64,000 nucleotides of DNA from a virus. Taxonomy: Duplodnaviria; Caudoviricetes. Under the pieces are notes generated by a model. That model searched no databases. It had not been told where the DNA came from and saw nothing but the letters and a program-made list of their open reading frames with translations. A program made the position numbers and the translations under genes. This document shows positions 13,726 through 23,083 of this stretch, piece after piece; the first letter of the stretch is position 1; every line of letters begins with the position of its first letter. The stretch spans positions 1-64,000 of the IMG/VR virus record IMGVR_UViG_3300028797_002668; one strand, given 5' to 3'.

Positions 13726-14250
13726 TTATTGAGCGTGTGCAGTCCCGGCGTCACCTCCACCATATCCGGCGTCTACGCCATTGATGGTAGCTGCGCCCGG
13801 ACCGGCAAAGGTAGCCTTGGTACTGAATCCGGAAACTGGTTCACTGCGGAGTGAAGCTACCGACATCTCTACAGGCTTTGGTAAATGGTCCTGTGCTCTC
13901 TTGATAAGGTTCTTGACCTTCGACGTTGAGTTAAGCTTAACCGTCTTTGGGGTATTATCCACGCTGAAAGCTTGCTTGGTATCTTCCAGAGGGTCGCGAG
14001 AGCACCGACCTCCGCACGGTTGGTACTCGTAAGGCGTCTGTACATCTGCTTGAGACGTAGAGCTTGCGGTCGGCTGGAGCTTCATGATGTTCTTGTAGTT
14101 CGGGAACGGCGTGACTGCATTCTGGGCAGCTGGGACGGTCAGGTGTTTAGAATAGTCGGCCTCGCACAGCGACTTGTACAAGTCGAAAGCGGACTTGGCG
14201 ACTGGGCTGTCCTTTAGGCTTTCAAGAAGCTGTACGAACTGGTTAGACAT
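13726..14250 (-). CDS. hypothetical protein with shared N-terminal leader (putative internal head protein)
   Basis: FVQLLESL...SLCEA leader. Confidence 0.6.
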   Translation of the reverse strand: MSNQFVQLLESLKDSPVAKSAFDLYKSLCEADYSKHLTVPAAQNAVTPFPNYKNIMKLQPTASSTSQADVQTPYEYQPCGGRCSRDPLEDTKQAFSVDNTPKTVKLNSTSKVKNLIKRAQDHLPKPVEMSVASLRSEPVSGFSTKATFAGPGAATINGVDAGYGGGDAGTAHAQ

Positions 14251-14582
14251 TACACACCTTCTTGCTGCTTATTCTGTTCTTCTTCCTGTTCGGCTTGGGC
14301 TGCAGCGGCATTAGCCTTGGCTGCGGTCTCGGCATTGACTGCCTTTAGGGTTTCGTCGGCGGTATCGGCAGCCTTCTTGGCCTCGGCCACCTTGGTCACA
14401 TCGCCTTGAAGTTCGGCAACCTGTTCCTCGGAAAGCTTGGATAGGTCGACTTGGTTCAGCGTAGCGTCATTGGGGTCGACAGTCGCCTCATAAAGCGACT
14501 TCACCGCGATAGCGACATTAGGAAGGTTCTTGACTTCGCAAATACGGTCAACGGACTCGAAAAATTTTTCTTTATTTGTCAT
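14250..14582 (-). CDS. hypothetical protein with shared N-terminal leader (putative internal head protein)
   Basis: FFESVDRIC...SLYEA leader; GATAAACT at 14611-14618. Confidence 0.6.
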   Translation of the reverse strand: MTNKEKFFESVDRICEVKNLPNVAIAVKSLYEATVDPNDATLNQVDLSKLSEEQVAELQGDVTKVAEAKKAADTADETLKAVNAETAAKANAAAAQAEQEEEQNKQQEGV

Positions 14583-14632
14583 TGATAAACCGGATATTCA
14601 GCTATATCCTAGTTTATCATCCTCCGCTGGAA

Positions 14633-15670
14633 TTATTTAGCCACCACTAACAGAATTGCTATTGCAAATACCAGAACAAAAAATCCCAAGACGGCAAAGC
14701 ACACACGCATCTTTTGTAGCTCGGACTTTAAAGATTCCACGGTTTCGTCGGTTTCCCTTTTCAAGGCAGTGAACTGGTTTACCACTCCGTTATATTCGCC
14801 TTCCAGAGTGGTGACTCGAACTGGGAGCATATCCTTGTAAACCGGAGTCGTATACTTCTCGGCGGCTTTCTCGGTCTCGTAGTCCGACTTAAACTGGTTA
14901 TACGCATCCGCGACTTCCCTAGTATTCTGGATGCAAGTACGGACTTGGGATGCGGTCATTTCAATCGCTCGCCATAGCTTACCGATTTCCTTGCCCACCT
15001 CGTCGTCCATAGTGGGTTCGTCGTTGCCGTCGTCATACGAATCGACACGGTCGAAACTAGGCTCCTCGCCAGACATTTCATCGTCGTAGGCTTTAGCGAA
15101 ATCACCGGCGAAACGGTCTACTATAGACTGTTCCTCCTCGGTCAGTTCCGTACCGCTCTCGATTCCGTCGATGATTGTCGATATCTTCAAGTCGCTCGAC
15201 TCGGCGATGCTTGGCTTGAAATAGTGAACCGTGTACAAGTCGTCGCCGTCGGAACCGTCGCGTGCGAACCCGTCGTAGAATTCCTCCGGAATATGCGTGT
15301 TGAGTGGAGCAATGATGGTCAGGTTATAATCGATTCCCATACTCTCCAGGGTTTCTGTAACCGTGGGGGAACCGATAATGGTAATGTCACCCACATCGAC
15401 CTCTTCGCTTTTCTGCTGGAAGCCGACAGTCAATCGTGCCGCACCGCGTTCTGACGTTGCAACTAGGACTCGTGACGTAAACAAGCCGAACTGCATCGGT
15501 GGCATACCGCCGTACATCTTCGGCAAGATCGTCTTCGGAATCATAACCAGACGATGGTCAAATACCTTGTGAAGACCTTCGCACTCGAACACCTTTGTCG
15601 GAAGAGCGAACATATTCCTACGGATAATATGTCCGTCGGCATTGATGGCCATAATCACGTTGATATTCAT
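14633..15670 (-). CDS. membrane-anchored protein with degenerate DHFR-like N-terminal domain and coiled coil
   Basis: MNINVIMAINADGHI..., VMIPKT, IIGSPTV; C-terminal hydrophobic helix. Confidence 0.55.
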   Translation of the reverse strand: MNINVIMAINADGHIIRRNMFALPTKVFECEGLHKVFDHRLVMIPKTILPKMYGGMPPMQFGLFTSRVLVATSERGAARLTVGFQQKSEEVDVGDITIIGSPTVTETLESMGIDYNLTIIAPLNTHIPEEFYDGFARDGSDGDDLYTVHYFKPSIAESSDLKISTIIDGIESGTELTEEEQSIVDRFAGDFAKAYDDEMSGEEPSFDRVDSYDDGNDEPTMDDEVGKEIGKLWRAIEMTASQVRTCIQNTREVADAYNQFKSDYETEKAAEKYTTPVYKDMLPVRVTTLEGEYNGVVNQFTALKRETDETVESLKSELQKMRVCFAVLGFFVLVFAIAILLVVAK

Positions 15671-16122
15671 TTCTTGACCTCAAAAGTAACGTAGGATAGT
15701 TTGTACTTGCGGACGATGTGGTTCTCGTCCGGAACACCGACACCGACTGGGTAGAACTCAATCTTGTCAAGTCCGTGGGTATTGATAGTATCTTGTAGAA
15801 GCTTGCCGTACTTGTTCGCCTTGAGCTTGAACGAAATGATAAACTTGCCGTCCTCTATTCGTGCGCCTACTGATTCGGCCATAGCGTGTTCCGTCCACGC
15901 TTCGAACGGCATCTTCTTTTTCAATCGGCGTTCCACTGGCGACACTTCCTCGATGTCGTACGTGGCCTTACCGGTCATAATCTCAAGCAGAATTTCCTCC
16001 GCAAGAGACTGCGGATAGATATTACCGCCGGAGTTGGTGGACTCGTCGACCTTTGTCGGCTTGTCCAGAATCATAACCACTGCGTCAACTATTGTCGGCT
16101 CACTTCGTTTCGGTTCTGCCAT
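15667..16122 (-). CDS. degenerate paralog of the prohead protease
   Basis: Aligns by eye to 60878-61630 (NIYPQ/RSYPR, YGKLLQDTI/AGKTLAGLI, FYPVGVG/FSLRGAG). Confidence 0.55.
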   Translation of the reverse strand: MAEPKRSEPTIVDAVVMILDKPTKVDESTNSGGNIYPQSLAEEILLEIMTGKATYDIEEVSPVERRLKKKMPFEAWTEHAMAESVGARIEDGKFIISFKLKANKYGKLLQDTINTHGLDKIEFYPVGVGVPDENHIVRKYKLSYVTFEVKK

Positions 16123-16405
16123 TGTTATACCACGTATCGATAAGGTTAGATTTACCAAGTGACCGTACCATATCTTCCATAAGACGCTTGCGGCCAGACC
16201 AATACTTGGCGATAGCCATAAGGAACAGTCGGACTTGCGGTCCGATGTTCTTGTCGTTCAGCACCTTCATGGCGTTGTTGTGCATTTCTCGGCAACCGTT
16301 CCAGTCGGCGAACAATTTCTTCTCGTCGGCCATCATAGTGTCGTAGAGCTTCTTCTGCTCGTCCGTAAGAGAGCGGATAATGTCTTCCGGTTTGGGTTGG
16401 TTCAT
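16100..16405 (-). CDS. hypothetical protein
   Basis: GGAG SD; helical 101-aa ORF. Confidence 0.65.
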   Translation of the reverse strand: MNQPKPEDIIRSLTDEQKKLYDTMMADEKKLFADWNGCREMHNNAMKVLNDKNIGPQVRLFLMAIAKYWSGRKRLMEDMVRSLGKSNLIDTWYNNGRTETK

Positions 16406-16507
16406 AGTTAATCTCCAAAGATCCAGATTGCGGCAATGATTTCCGCAATCAATTCGAGGAATTCGCCAAAGCAGCCGATACGGTCGGCTGTAGAATCATT
16501 GTCTTTC

Positions 16508-17395
16508 TTACGCATTATTGCCCCCAAACTTGTTCAAGAGCTGAACGGCCTCGGTCTGGAGGTCCTTGCACTTGAAAACCTTGTATGCCGGTTGTTCTTC
16601 GCTAAACCAGCAAAGATAGCAATTACCGATAGGAATTCCTGTCATTTCTTGGAACATATGCTTATAGCAAGACAGTTGTAGGGAATATTCGTCAAGCTTG
16701 CACTGCATCAAGTGGCTGCAAGGGGCTTCTAGGTGATACTTGGACTCGGTATCGAACTTGGTATTGGTTTTCCAGTCCCAGATTTCGAACTGACCAGACT
16801 TCACGTTCCAGAATAGCTGGTCGACCATCCCGCATACCATATACTTCGGGCTACCGATAACCAGTTCGGACTTTATTGGAATCATCTTGCCACGGATATC
16901 GGCAATGAACTTGTCAACCAGCTCGGTACACTTGACATACTTGGGAAAAACCGGGTCATTGCCATCGAATAGCTTGTCGAAAATCTTTGGGTCCACGCCA
17001 GCGACAAACTGGGTATCCTTAAACAAATCCTGGAACATTTCCTCACGGCTCATACGGCTGGAGATTTCCAGCATCACGTCGTATACGGGGTACTTGAGGA
17101 ACTTCTGGGCGATAGCGTGCTCGATGTAGTTATGGACAGCGGTTCCCTTAGCGGTAGAGACCACATTTCCCAGCTTCCACTGGCGTCGTAACTGTTCGGG
17201 GGTTATGTTTTGACCTTCGGACTGCAGACGTTTGGCGGTGGACTCAGAACGAGCAATTTCGTCGAACGGGGGATTGACGGAGCTAGTGACACGAGTCACC
17301 GAAACGGTACGGTGGCCGTCAAAGGTATAGCTGTGAAACTCCGGGTTAAATCGGATTACGTTGAAAACATCAAGTTTTTGAGCCAGATTGTGCAT
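16508..17395 (-). CDS. PD-(D/E)xK family exonuclease
   Basis: GTAVHNYIE, ELVI, GMVDQL, DWKT and YSLQLSCY motifs. Confidence 0.85.
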   Translation of the reverse strand: MHNLAQKLDVFNVIRFNPEFHSYTFDGHRTVSVTRVTSSVNPPFDEIARSESTAKRLQSEGQNITPEQLRRQWKLGNVVSTAKGTAVHNYIEHAIAQKFLKYPVYDVMLEISSRMSREEMFQDLFKDTQFVAGVDPKIFDKLFDGNDPVFPKYVKCTELVDKFIADIRGKMIPIKSELVIGSPKYMVCGMVDQLFWNVKSGQFEIWDWKTNTKFDTESKYHLEAPCSHLMQCKLDEYSLQLSCYKHMFQEMTGIPIGNCYLCWFSEEQPAYKVFKCKDLQTEAVQLLNKFGGNNA

Positions 17396-17465
17396 ATTTG
17401 CAATTCAAATTCTTTATTACTAAAATTACATCATATCAGTTATAAATTCAACTTTCGAGGAAACT

Positions 17466-17909
17466 ATGATTGAATACGAAAAACTAACCAATCGAACGAT
17501 TACAATGGCCGAAAAGATGGCCGCCGACTTGAAGGCCGTTCCCGGCGAACGCGGTTATAGCCAGCGAATCAGCCGAATCCACAACATGCTCCACATAAAC
17601 GTGGAAACTGTTGACGCAATTATCAACAAGAACATCGGCGAAAAGTGGAAGGCAATTCCCGGCTACGAAAGCTACAAAGTAAGCAATTACGGTCGTCTTA
17701 TCGGCATGAACGGGACTCTCATCACGTCCTACATCAGCAAGTCTGGAATCGAGATTTTTGACCCGTACCTTTCCGACCGATCCAAGCGTCGCCACTTGGC
17801 CGTGAAGTCCGCAATCGCTCGCGCCTTCCTCCGTCCCAAGAAGTACCAGAAGGTAGTGTACAGCGGTTCCGACAAGATTAACACGATTCATCATCTCGTG
17901 CTTGCCTAA
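17466..17909 (+). CDS. NUMOD4-domain protein, probably a degenerate HNH endonuclease
   Basis: EKWKAIPGYESYKVSNYGRL; HNH catalytic residues not evident. Confidence 0.65.
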   Translation: MIEYEKLTNRTITMAEKMAADLKAVPGERGYSQRISRIHNMLHINVETVDAIINKNIGEKWKAIPGYESYKVSNYGRLIGMNGTLITSYISKSGIEIFDPYLSDRSKRRHLAVKSAIARAFLRPKKYQKVVYSGSDKINTIHHLVLA

Positions 17910-17930
17910 TACAGTTCTCAAATACAATTA

Positions 17931-17958
17931 AAAAAGTCCGCCATTTGGCGGACTTTTT
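17931..17958. terminator. bidirectional terminator
   Basis: AAAAAGTCCGCC-ATTT-GGCGGACTTTTT between convergent genes. Confidence 0.8.
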
Positions 17959-17959
17959 C

Positions 17960-18694
17960 TTATGCATCGGAAGGAATAACGTTCGTCACTTGAGCTTGCA
18001 ACTCTGGGATAATAGTGTACAGTTTCCAATGTCCGGGCGAATACTTTCGCTTTGCTGCCGTTATTGCGGTTGTAACATCCTCATACTTGTCGGAATCAAT
18101 AGCCTTTTCCCAACTACCGACGGCACCAGTAACATTAACTTTCCCAGTTACGGCATCCTTTTCCTTTTTCAAGAACTTACGAACCCACACTTCGCCTTGA
18201 ATTTTCAAGTATGCATTAGGGAACATCTGTTTTACCGTGTCAAACGGCAACCTTGCAATGGCGGCTGCATTTCGTCGAGCCATGTTCTCGTTATTCTTCT
18301 CGAACTGTTCAGTCATGCGCTGGGCAATTAAATTATCGCGGTTTTTAACCGCATCAAAACCAGACATGTTACCCTTAGAATCTCGGAATTCCGGGTGAGC
18401 CGCATCGACCTCCTTGGCAATCTCGTCACGAGTCTTCTGACCGATTACTTTAGTGCGACGTTCCGGCGCTACGGCGGTCAAATTATTCTGTCGAACTTCT
18501 CCAGTAGAGGAGGTAACCTTGATATTGTTGCGTAGCTGGCTGATAGCACGTCTGCGAGCAGCATCCTCATAAGGATCGTACGCCTCGCAGAACACGGCAA
18601 AACCTTTCTGCAATGCTTCGGTCGCATCTGTACATCCAATTTTATTGCAGATGCTCTCGATAAACGCTGTAAAATGTTTCTGTGTTTCGTTCAT
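17960..18694 (-). CDS. hypothetical protein with shared N-terminal leader (putative internal head protein)
   Basis: FIESICNKIGCTDATEALQKGFAVFCEA, very similar to the N-terminus of 48853-49488; GATAAACT at 18721-18728. Confidence 0.65.
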   Translation of the reverse strand: MNETQKHFTAFIESICNKIGCTDATEALQKGFAVFCEAYDPYEDAARRRAISQLRNNIKVTSSTGEVRQNNLTAVAPERRTKVIGQKTRDEIAKEVDAAHPEFRDSKGNMSGFDAVKNRDNLIAQRMTEQFEKNNENMARRNAAAIARLPFDTVKQMFPNAYLKIQGEVWVRKFLKKEKDAVTGKVNVTGAVGSWEKAIDSDKYEDVTTAITAAKRKYSPGHWKLYTIIPELQAQVTNVIPSDA

Positions 18695-18756
18695 AAGAAA
18701 TCCATATTCGATTTCCTATCAGTTTATCAAAAAGTCCGCCGTTTGGCGGACTCTTT

Positions 18757-19143
18757 TTAAGCAATATCCCAAGTAATAACGAAGTATTCCGTGTTCGGCT
18801 CGGCTCCCCATTCTGGTTTGCCGACGTCGATTCGAATCTTCGGGTTGTTGAACACAAGACGGCGTTTTGTTTCGCGCTTGGACGGATATCCGCAAGTCAG
18901 AACAAGCTTTTTGAACTTCTTCTGGAACATATCCAGACAATCCAATTCAGACGCATTACGGAATGCGCCAATGATGTCATCTGGACAGAACGCCTTCCTC
19001 ATTTCAGGCATCATATAGAAACGAGACATGTAGGTCGGCTTGATTTCGCGGTACTCCTCGGTCTTGACACCAGACTTGATCATATCGAACCAAGGCTTGT
19101 TCAAGGCGAGAAAAAGAGTATCACTAGGCTTTTTCTTCGGCAT
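18757..19143 (-). CDS. ASCH/PUA-like domain protein
   Basis: LALNKPWFDMIKSGVKTEEYREIKP. Confidence 0.8.
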   Translation of the reverse strand: MPKKKPSDTLFLALNKPWFDMIKSGVKTEEYREIKPTYMSRFYMMPEMRKAFCPDDIIGAFRNASELDCLDMFQKKFKKLVLTCGYPSKRETKRRLVFNNPKIRIDVGKPEWGAEPNTEYFVITWDIA

Positions 19144-19621
19144 TGGCTTCCTCGAACACGCATTTCCATTCAAGAAGATGGATAAAGGTGTCTGAAAAGT
19201 AGTGTGTTTCGGTTTCGTTAGGACGTTCCAGCTTCAAGTCGTCTATAATTTTATCCTTGTTCTCGTCGATGAACTTATTTATGACATCCTCGACATTCAT
19301 GCAAATCGCGGCGTCGATGATATTATCGTCGCTCACCTTAAACTTGACTTCCTTGCCGTCTTGGTCGATAGTCTTGAACATTTCAGGGTACTTCGTGCGT
19401 ACCTTCGGACGCCAAATCTGTGCGGCAATCTTAGGCGTTTCGTACTTGGCTGCTGCACCAGTCTGGGCGGCGATTGCATAATCGGTCACGAACGGTTCTA
19501 GTTCGACCGGTATAGAGACCTCGAACGGATATTCGTGCTTCTGTTGTGGGTACATTTTAGGCATATCCATCACGCGATCTTTCATCATGAACTGGACGCC
19601 AAGCGTAAGTATCAATTTCAT
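19124..19621 (-). CDS. hypothetical protein
   Basis: ORF coupled to both neighbours. Confidence 0.7.
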   Translation of the reverse strand: MKLILTLGVQFMMKDRVMDMPKMYPQQKHEYPFEVSIPVELEPFVTDYAIAAQTGAAAKYETPKIAAQIWRPKVRTKYPEMFKTIDQDGKEVKFKVSDDNIIDAAICMNVEDVINKFIDENKDKIIDDLKLERPNETETHYFSDTFIHLLEWKCVFEEANAEEKA

Positions 19622-20424
19622 TTTGCACCCACCTTAAGGATTTCGTCTGTAATAGCAATGAGCTGCTTCTCGCCCATAGTCTGGCTACCGAACAGACCCT
19701 CAAAGCTCTTCATCATGTAGTTGATTCGTTCTTTGGACGCCGGATGAGTCTTCTGTCCGTCGCCGTTTCCAAAGCATAATAGCGAAATCTCGCTCAATAC
19801 CGTGGCGATAGCGGCAGACTGCACGTTAGACCCAGACTGAAGGACGGAACAAGCGAACAAGTCGGCCTGACGCTCGATATTGCGGTTGGAGGACATAATC
19901 GTGCCGTCGTATCCGCTGTCATCGACGTGACCGAGGCATACATGGCCAAGCTCGTGCGCAATAACTGAACGAGCGATTTCGAGCGTGCATGAACGCCACT
20001 GTTCCATCTTACCTTGGTTAAACGACGCCATCAACTTTTGCGGATTCTTGATACCACAATTAAAAATCATGTCCTCGAACAATGTTTCCGGAAGATTGCC
20101 GTCGAAATTTTCTTGTAGATATTTCGCAGCCCAGCGTACCATTTTAAGCGTATTGCTGAACTTCATTCCGTTATCAGCGAACATCCACACCAGCCCGAAC
20201 AAGGCGTTCCACATAAGAATACCGCGTAGTAGCGTTACGGTATAGATATTGTCTACCTTGTTGGCGTATGCGTTAATAGTGGAGTCACCGCTCGCATAAA
20301 CGAACTCCGTGTTATCTGCGCACTCGCGATAGCGAGAGTTTCCTTGCACGAACTTGGACATTATACAGAGACGGAAGACTGTATAAAGGTCGTCTCGGTC
20401 TATTATACGGTTAAATTTAAGCAT
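19618..20424 (-). CDS. zinc metallopeptidase (M48/ImmA-like)
   Basis: AHELGH, ERQAD and THP...RI motifs. Confidence 0.8.
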   Translation of the reverse strand: MLKFNRIIDRDDLYTVFRLCIMSKFVQGNSRYRECADNTEFVYASGDSTINAYANKVDNIYTVTLLRGILMWNALFGLVWMFADNGMKFSNTLKMVRWAAKYLQENFDGNLPETLFEDMIFNCGIKNPQKLMASFNQGKMEQWRSCTLEIARSVIAHELGHVCLGHVDDSGYDGTIMSSNRNIERQADLFACSVLQSGSNVQSAAIATVLSEISLLCFGNGDGQKTHPASKERINYMMKSFEGLFGSQTMGEKQLIAITDEILKVGAK

Positions 20425-20677
20425 CGAACACCTCGATATTATTTTCAGTTAAGAAAGCAACAATGGCGTCGCGAAGTCCAACGACCCCGTGTTCCTTGCG
20501 GTACTTCGCCATCATGCACTTTAGTTCAGATACAGAAGATATGGAAACCCATCTCTTCCATTCATTGTCAGTCATGGCACCACGGACGGTAATGTCCATC
20601 CCGTAGAACCCAGGCACAAAATCCGGAACGGATACGACACCGTTCTTGAAGTCATCTAATGTAAGTCTTTTTGGCAT
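20417..20677 (-). CDS. hypothetical protein
   Basis: First gene after promoter TTGCAA-17-TATATT (20705-20733). Confidence 0.65.
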   Translation of the reverse strand: MPKRLTLDDFKNGVVSVPDFVPGFYGMDITVRGAMTDNEWKRWVSISSVSELKCMMAKYRKEHGVVGLRDAIVAFLTENNIEVFDA

Positions 20678-20778
20678 ATTTTCGGATATATCCTATTACA
20701 TGGAAATATAGCACATTTAAGTTTATCTTGCAACAATCCAAAATCGTATAAACTGCAGAATGGTAAAGAGAGGTTCCT

Positions 20779-21171
20779 ATGAACGCCGAATTCTACATCA
20801 ATTTGACCAAAATGAAGACGCTCCAAAACGCGTCAATTATCGAAAGCATCAAGGATATCTACTTCAAGAGCGAGCAGAAAGCCCAGTTCGAAAGTTGCGG
20901 ATCGGTAACCGATTCGCAGAAGGAACAATTCTTTGAAAACGGCTCTGTACGTTGCACACGAGTATCAGACGGAATCATCGTAGAGGCGTCGGCAATCGGC
21001 ACTCCAAACTTATACGGCGTCGTGGCAGTCGTTAGCAACGGCACGTCTATGGAGGAGGCCATAGCCGCCGGTAAAAGCGCACTGGACAACAACGCTGTTA
21101 TGGAAAGCTATATGACCTCGTTAATGCCGATACACAATGATGAGCAAAAGACCACCGAGGAGACTGAATAA
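20779..21171 (+). CDS. hypothetical late protein
   Basis: TATAAACT at 20747-20754, GAGG SD, several xxES sites. Confidence 0.7.
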   Translation: MNAEFYINLTKMKTLQNASIIESIKDIYFKSEQKAQFESCGSVTDSQKEQFFENGSVRCTRVSDGIIVEASAIGTPNLYGVVAVVSNGTSMEEAIAAGKSALDNNAVMESYMTSLMPIHNDEQKTTEETE

Positions 21172-21767
21172 TGGAATTCATTGAAGATCTAAAAGAAAAC
21201 TTTGACTCGGTTGACCCTAACCAGACTGCTGAAATACAGCCTCTCGATCCGACGAAATATTCGGCGTTTGTCAAAAATCCGAGTGATATTACCGAAGACG
21301 TAATCTACCAGCTAGGTGACATCATCTCTGGACGAATGAACGTACGCGCAGATTCTCACAAGCCTGGGCTGCCCACTACTCCAGACGTAGTAGACCGTCT
21401 ACTGAACGCAGTAACGATTGTATACATCGAGGAAGAAGGCGTTCCGGTAGGCGTAGCGTCTCTGGTTGATCCAACCCAAAAGAACTACATGGGGTTCAAG
21501 CCACTCGACTTGTACTCGCTCCATTCTGGAGTGAATCTTGACGGTCGAATTTTAATGGAATTCTTCGCGGTTCCAGATGAATACATCAACACCGGAATAG
21601 GTGAAGAACTCCTAGCTCAAATTGACGCTACTGATACAAAGGTCTTTACGGTAACGGACGCAGACGACGAATCCGCAAACGAGATTCTAACTAAATACGG
21701 TTTCAAGCAAGTCGCCACTATGGACATCGATAGCAACGAAGTACCAGTTGTACTTTGGCTAAGATGA
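21171..21767 (+). CDS. GNAT-family acetyltransferase
   Basis: FAVPDEYINTGIGEELL...ILTKYGFKQV. Confidence 0.7.
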   Translation: MEFIEDLKENFDSVDPNQTAEIQPLDPTKYSAFVKNPSDITEDVIYQLGDIISGRMNVRADSHKPGLPTTPDVVDRLLNAVTIVYIEEEGVPVGVASLVDPTQKNYMGFKPLDLYSLHSGVNLDGRILMEFFAVPDEYINTGIGEELLAQIDATDTKVFTVTDADDESANEILTKYGFKQVATMDIDSNEVPVVLWLR

Positions 21768-21782
21768 TGTAATTTAAAGTAC

Positions 21783-22019
21783 ATGATAAGAACCATAGAC
21801 ACATCCAAGCTTGAAGAGCCGTATTTAAACTTTATCGAATTGGTGTACTTGTTCATATGGACTGAATTCCATATAGTCATGTCTACAGTAAATCTGTACG
21901 ACATAACCAACCACCAGTGGAAACCGCGTCGACTTTTCTGGTACTTCGTAATAGGAATGCCGAGCATTCTCATACTCGGCATATTCATATTAGCGGCAAT
22001 AAAGTTCTTGCTACAGTAG
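21783..22019 (+). CDS. small membrane protein
   Basis: Hydrophobic C-terminal segment. Confidence 0.45.
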   Translation: MIRTIDTSKLEEPYLNFIELVYLFIWTEFHIVMSTVNLYDITNHQWKPRRLFWYFVIGMPSILILGIFILAAIKFLLQ

Positions 22020-23075
22020 TTCGAACACGGTGAACCGAGTTGTCTTTACCTTAATCGGTTCTTCGGCAGCAATATTGATTACCAGTTCGGTAGAGGACCC
22101 ATTCTTAAATTCGCAAGCAAAATCCAACCGAGTTATCGACGGTGGATTGACACTCGACTTATTCGGTCCAGACATGTCCATCTGACGAGTTAGGACGGCA
22201 AATGAGCCACATTGCACGGTAACGTCGATAATATTTCCACTCAAATCAATAGCAGAGCATTCCAACTGCAAATGCATCACATATCGAGCATCTGCAATCA
22301 ACCCAGTAACCTTAGTGAGCCGGTCCGATGATACCGTAGCACCCAATCCGACATTTGTACTTGACGCAGTAGAAAGCGGAATGTTACTTTCAGTCGAGTC
22401 TACCGTCACAAGATTTGATGCAGTAGTAGCAGAATAGTAATCGGCCTTCTTTGCATCAATTTGTGTACTGTTTCCACTTTCTGTAATCGATACACCATAA
22501 ACAGAACTTATAGCGCGAGAACACGGAACCTCGGCAAACCCATACTTGGCATTATTATCAGTTTCACTAGTCTTGATGAAGCGATACTGTATATTGGACG
22601 TAGTATCGTTGAATACTACGTTCTCCGGAGGTTCCAAGTATGTAGAATGTCCAGTACGAGCACTTGGCGGGGAAACATATATTTTTCCGCTGACATTTTC
22701 TACAAACTGTGTTTTTGTTCCAGACGTATACGTGAGCGTGCCGAAAATGATGTCGTCCACGTATGACGGCAACATTGACGACGGTATCAAACCGTTAGCA
22801 TCGCGCAACGCGATACGACTAATCGGTATGTTGACCGAACCGTAGTCATACTGGCCATCATCAGTCCATGCGTCGCCGTCAGCAACCGATGTATTTTTCT
22901 TGTAGTCGGCTGCAACGAACCACTTAGCCGGGCTGGCTTTTTTCTTCGCCTCGGTATCGGGCGCGGTAGAACTAGCCGGGAGCTGGAATGAGTCCAGCAA
23001 GTTTTCACCGGTTCCGTTTAACTTATTGATATTGGACAGTTCCGCAATTCTGCGCGGGTCGTTTATTACAGACAT
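22011..23075 (-). CDS. putative tail fibre-associated structural protein
   Basis: GLIPSSMLPSYVDD motif typical of fibre proteins; beta-rich C-terminus. Confidence 0.6.
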   Translation of the reverse strand: MSVINDPRRIAELSNINKLNGTGENLLDSFQLPASSTAPDTEAKKKASPAKWFVAADYKKNTSVADGDAWTDDGQYDYGSVNIPISRIALRDANGLIPSSMLPSYVDDIIFGTLTYTSGTKTQFVENVSGKIYVSPPSARTGHSTYLEPPENVVFNDTTSNIQYRFIKTSETDNNAKYGFAEVPCSRAISSVYGVSITESGNSTQIDAKKADYYSATTASNLVTVDSTESNIPLSTASSTNVGLGATVSSDRLTKVTGLIADARYVMHLQLECSAIDLSGNIIDVTVQCGSFAVLTRQMDMSGPNKSSVNPPSITRLDFACEFKNGSSTELVINIAAEEPIKVKTTRFTVFELL

Positions 23076-23083
23076 AAAGCCTC

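Noticed and set aside
16508-17395. Cas4 or a CRISPR system
   Set aside because: No repeat-spacer array was seen in the window and there are no other cas genes; the motifs fit a generic phage PD-(D/E)xK exonuclease.
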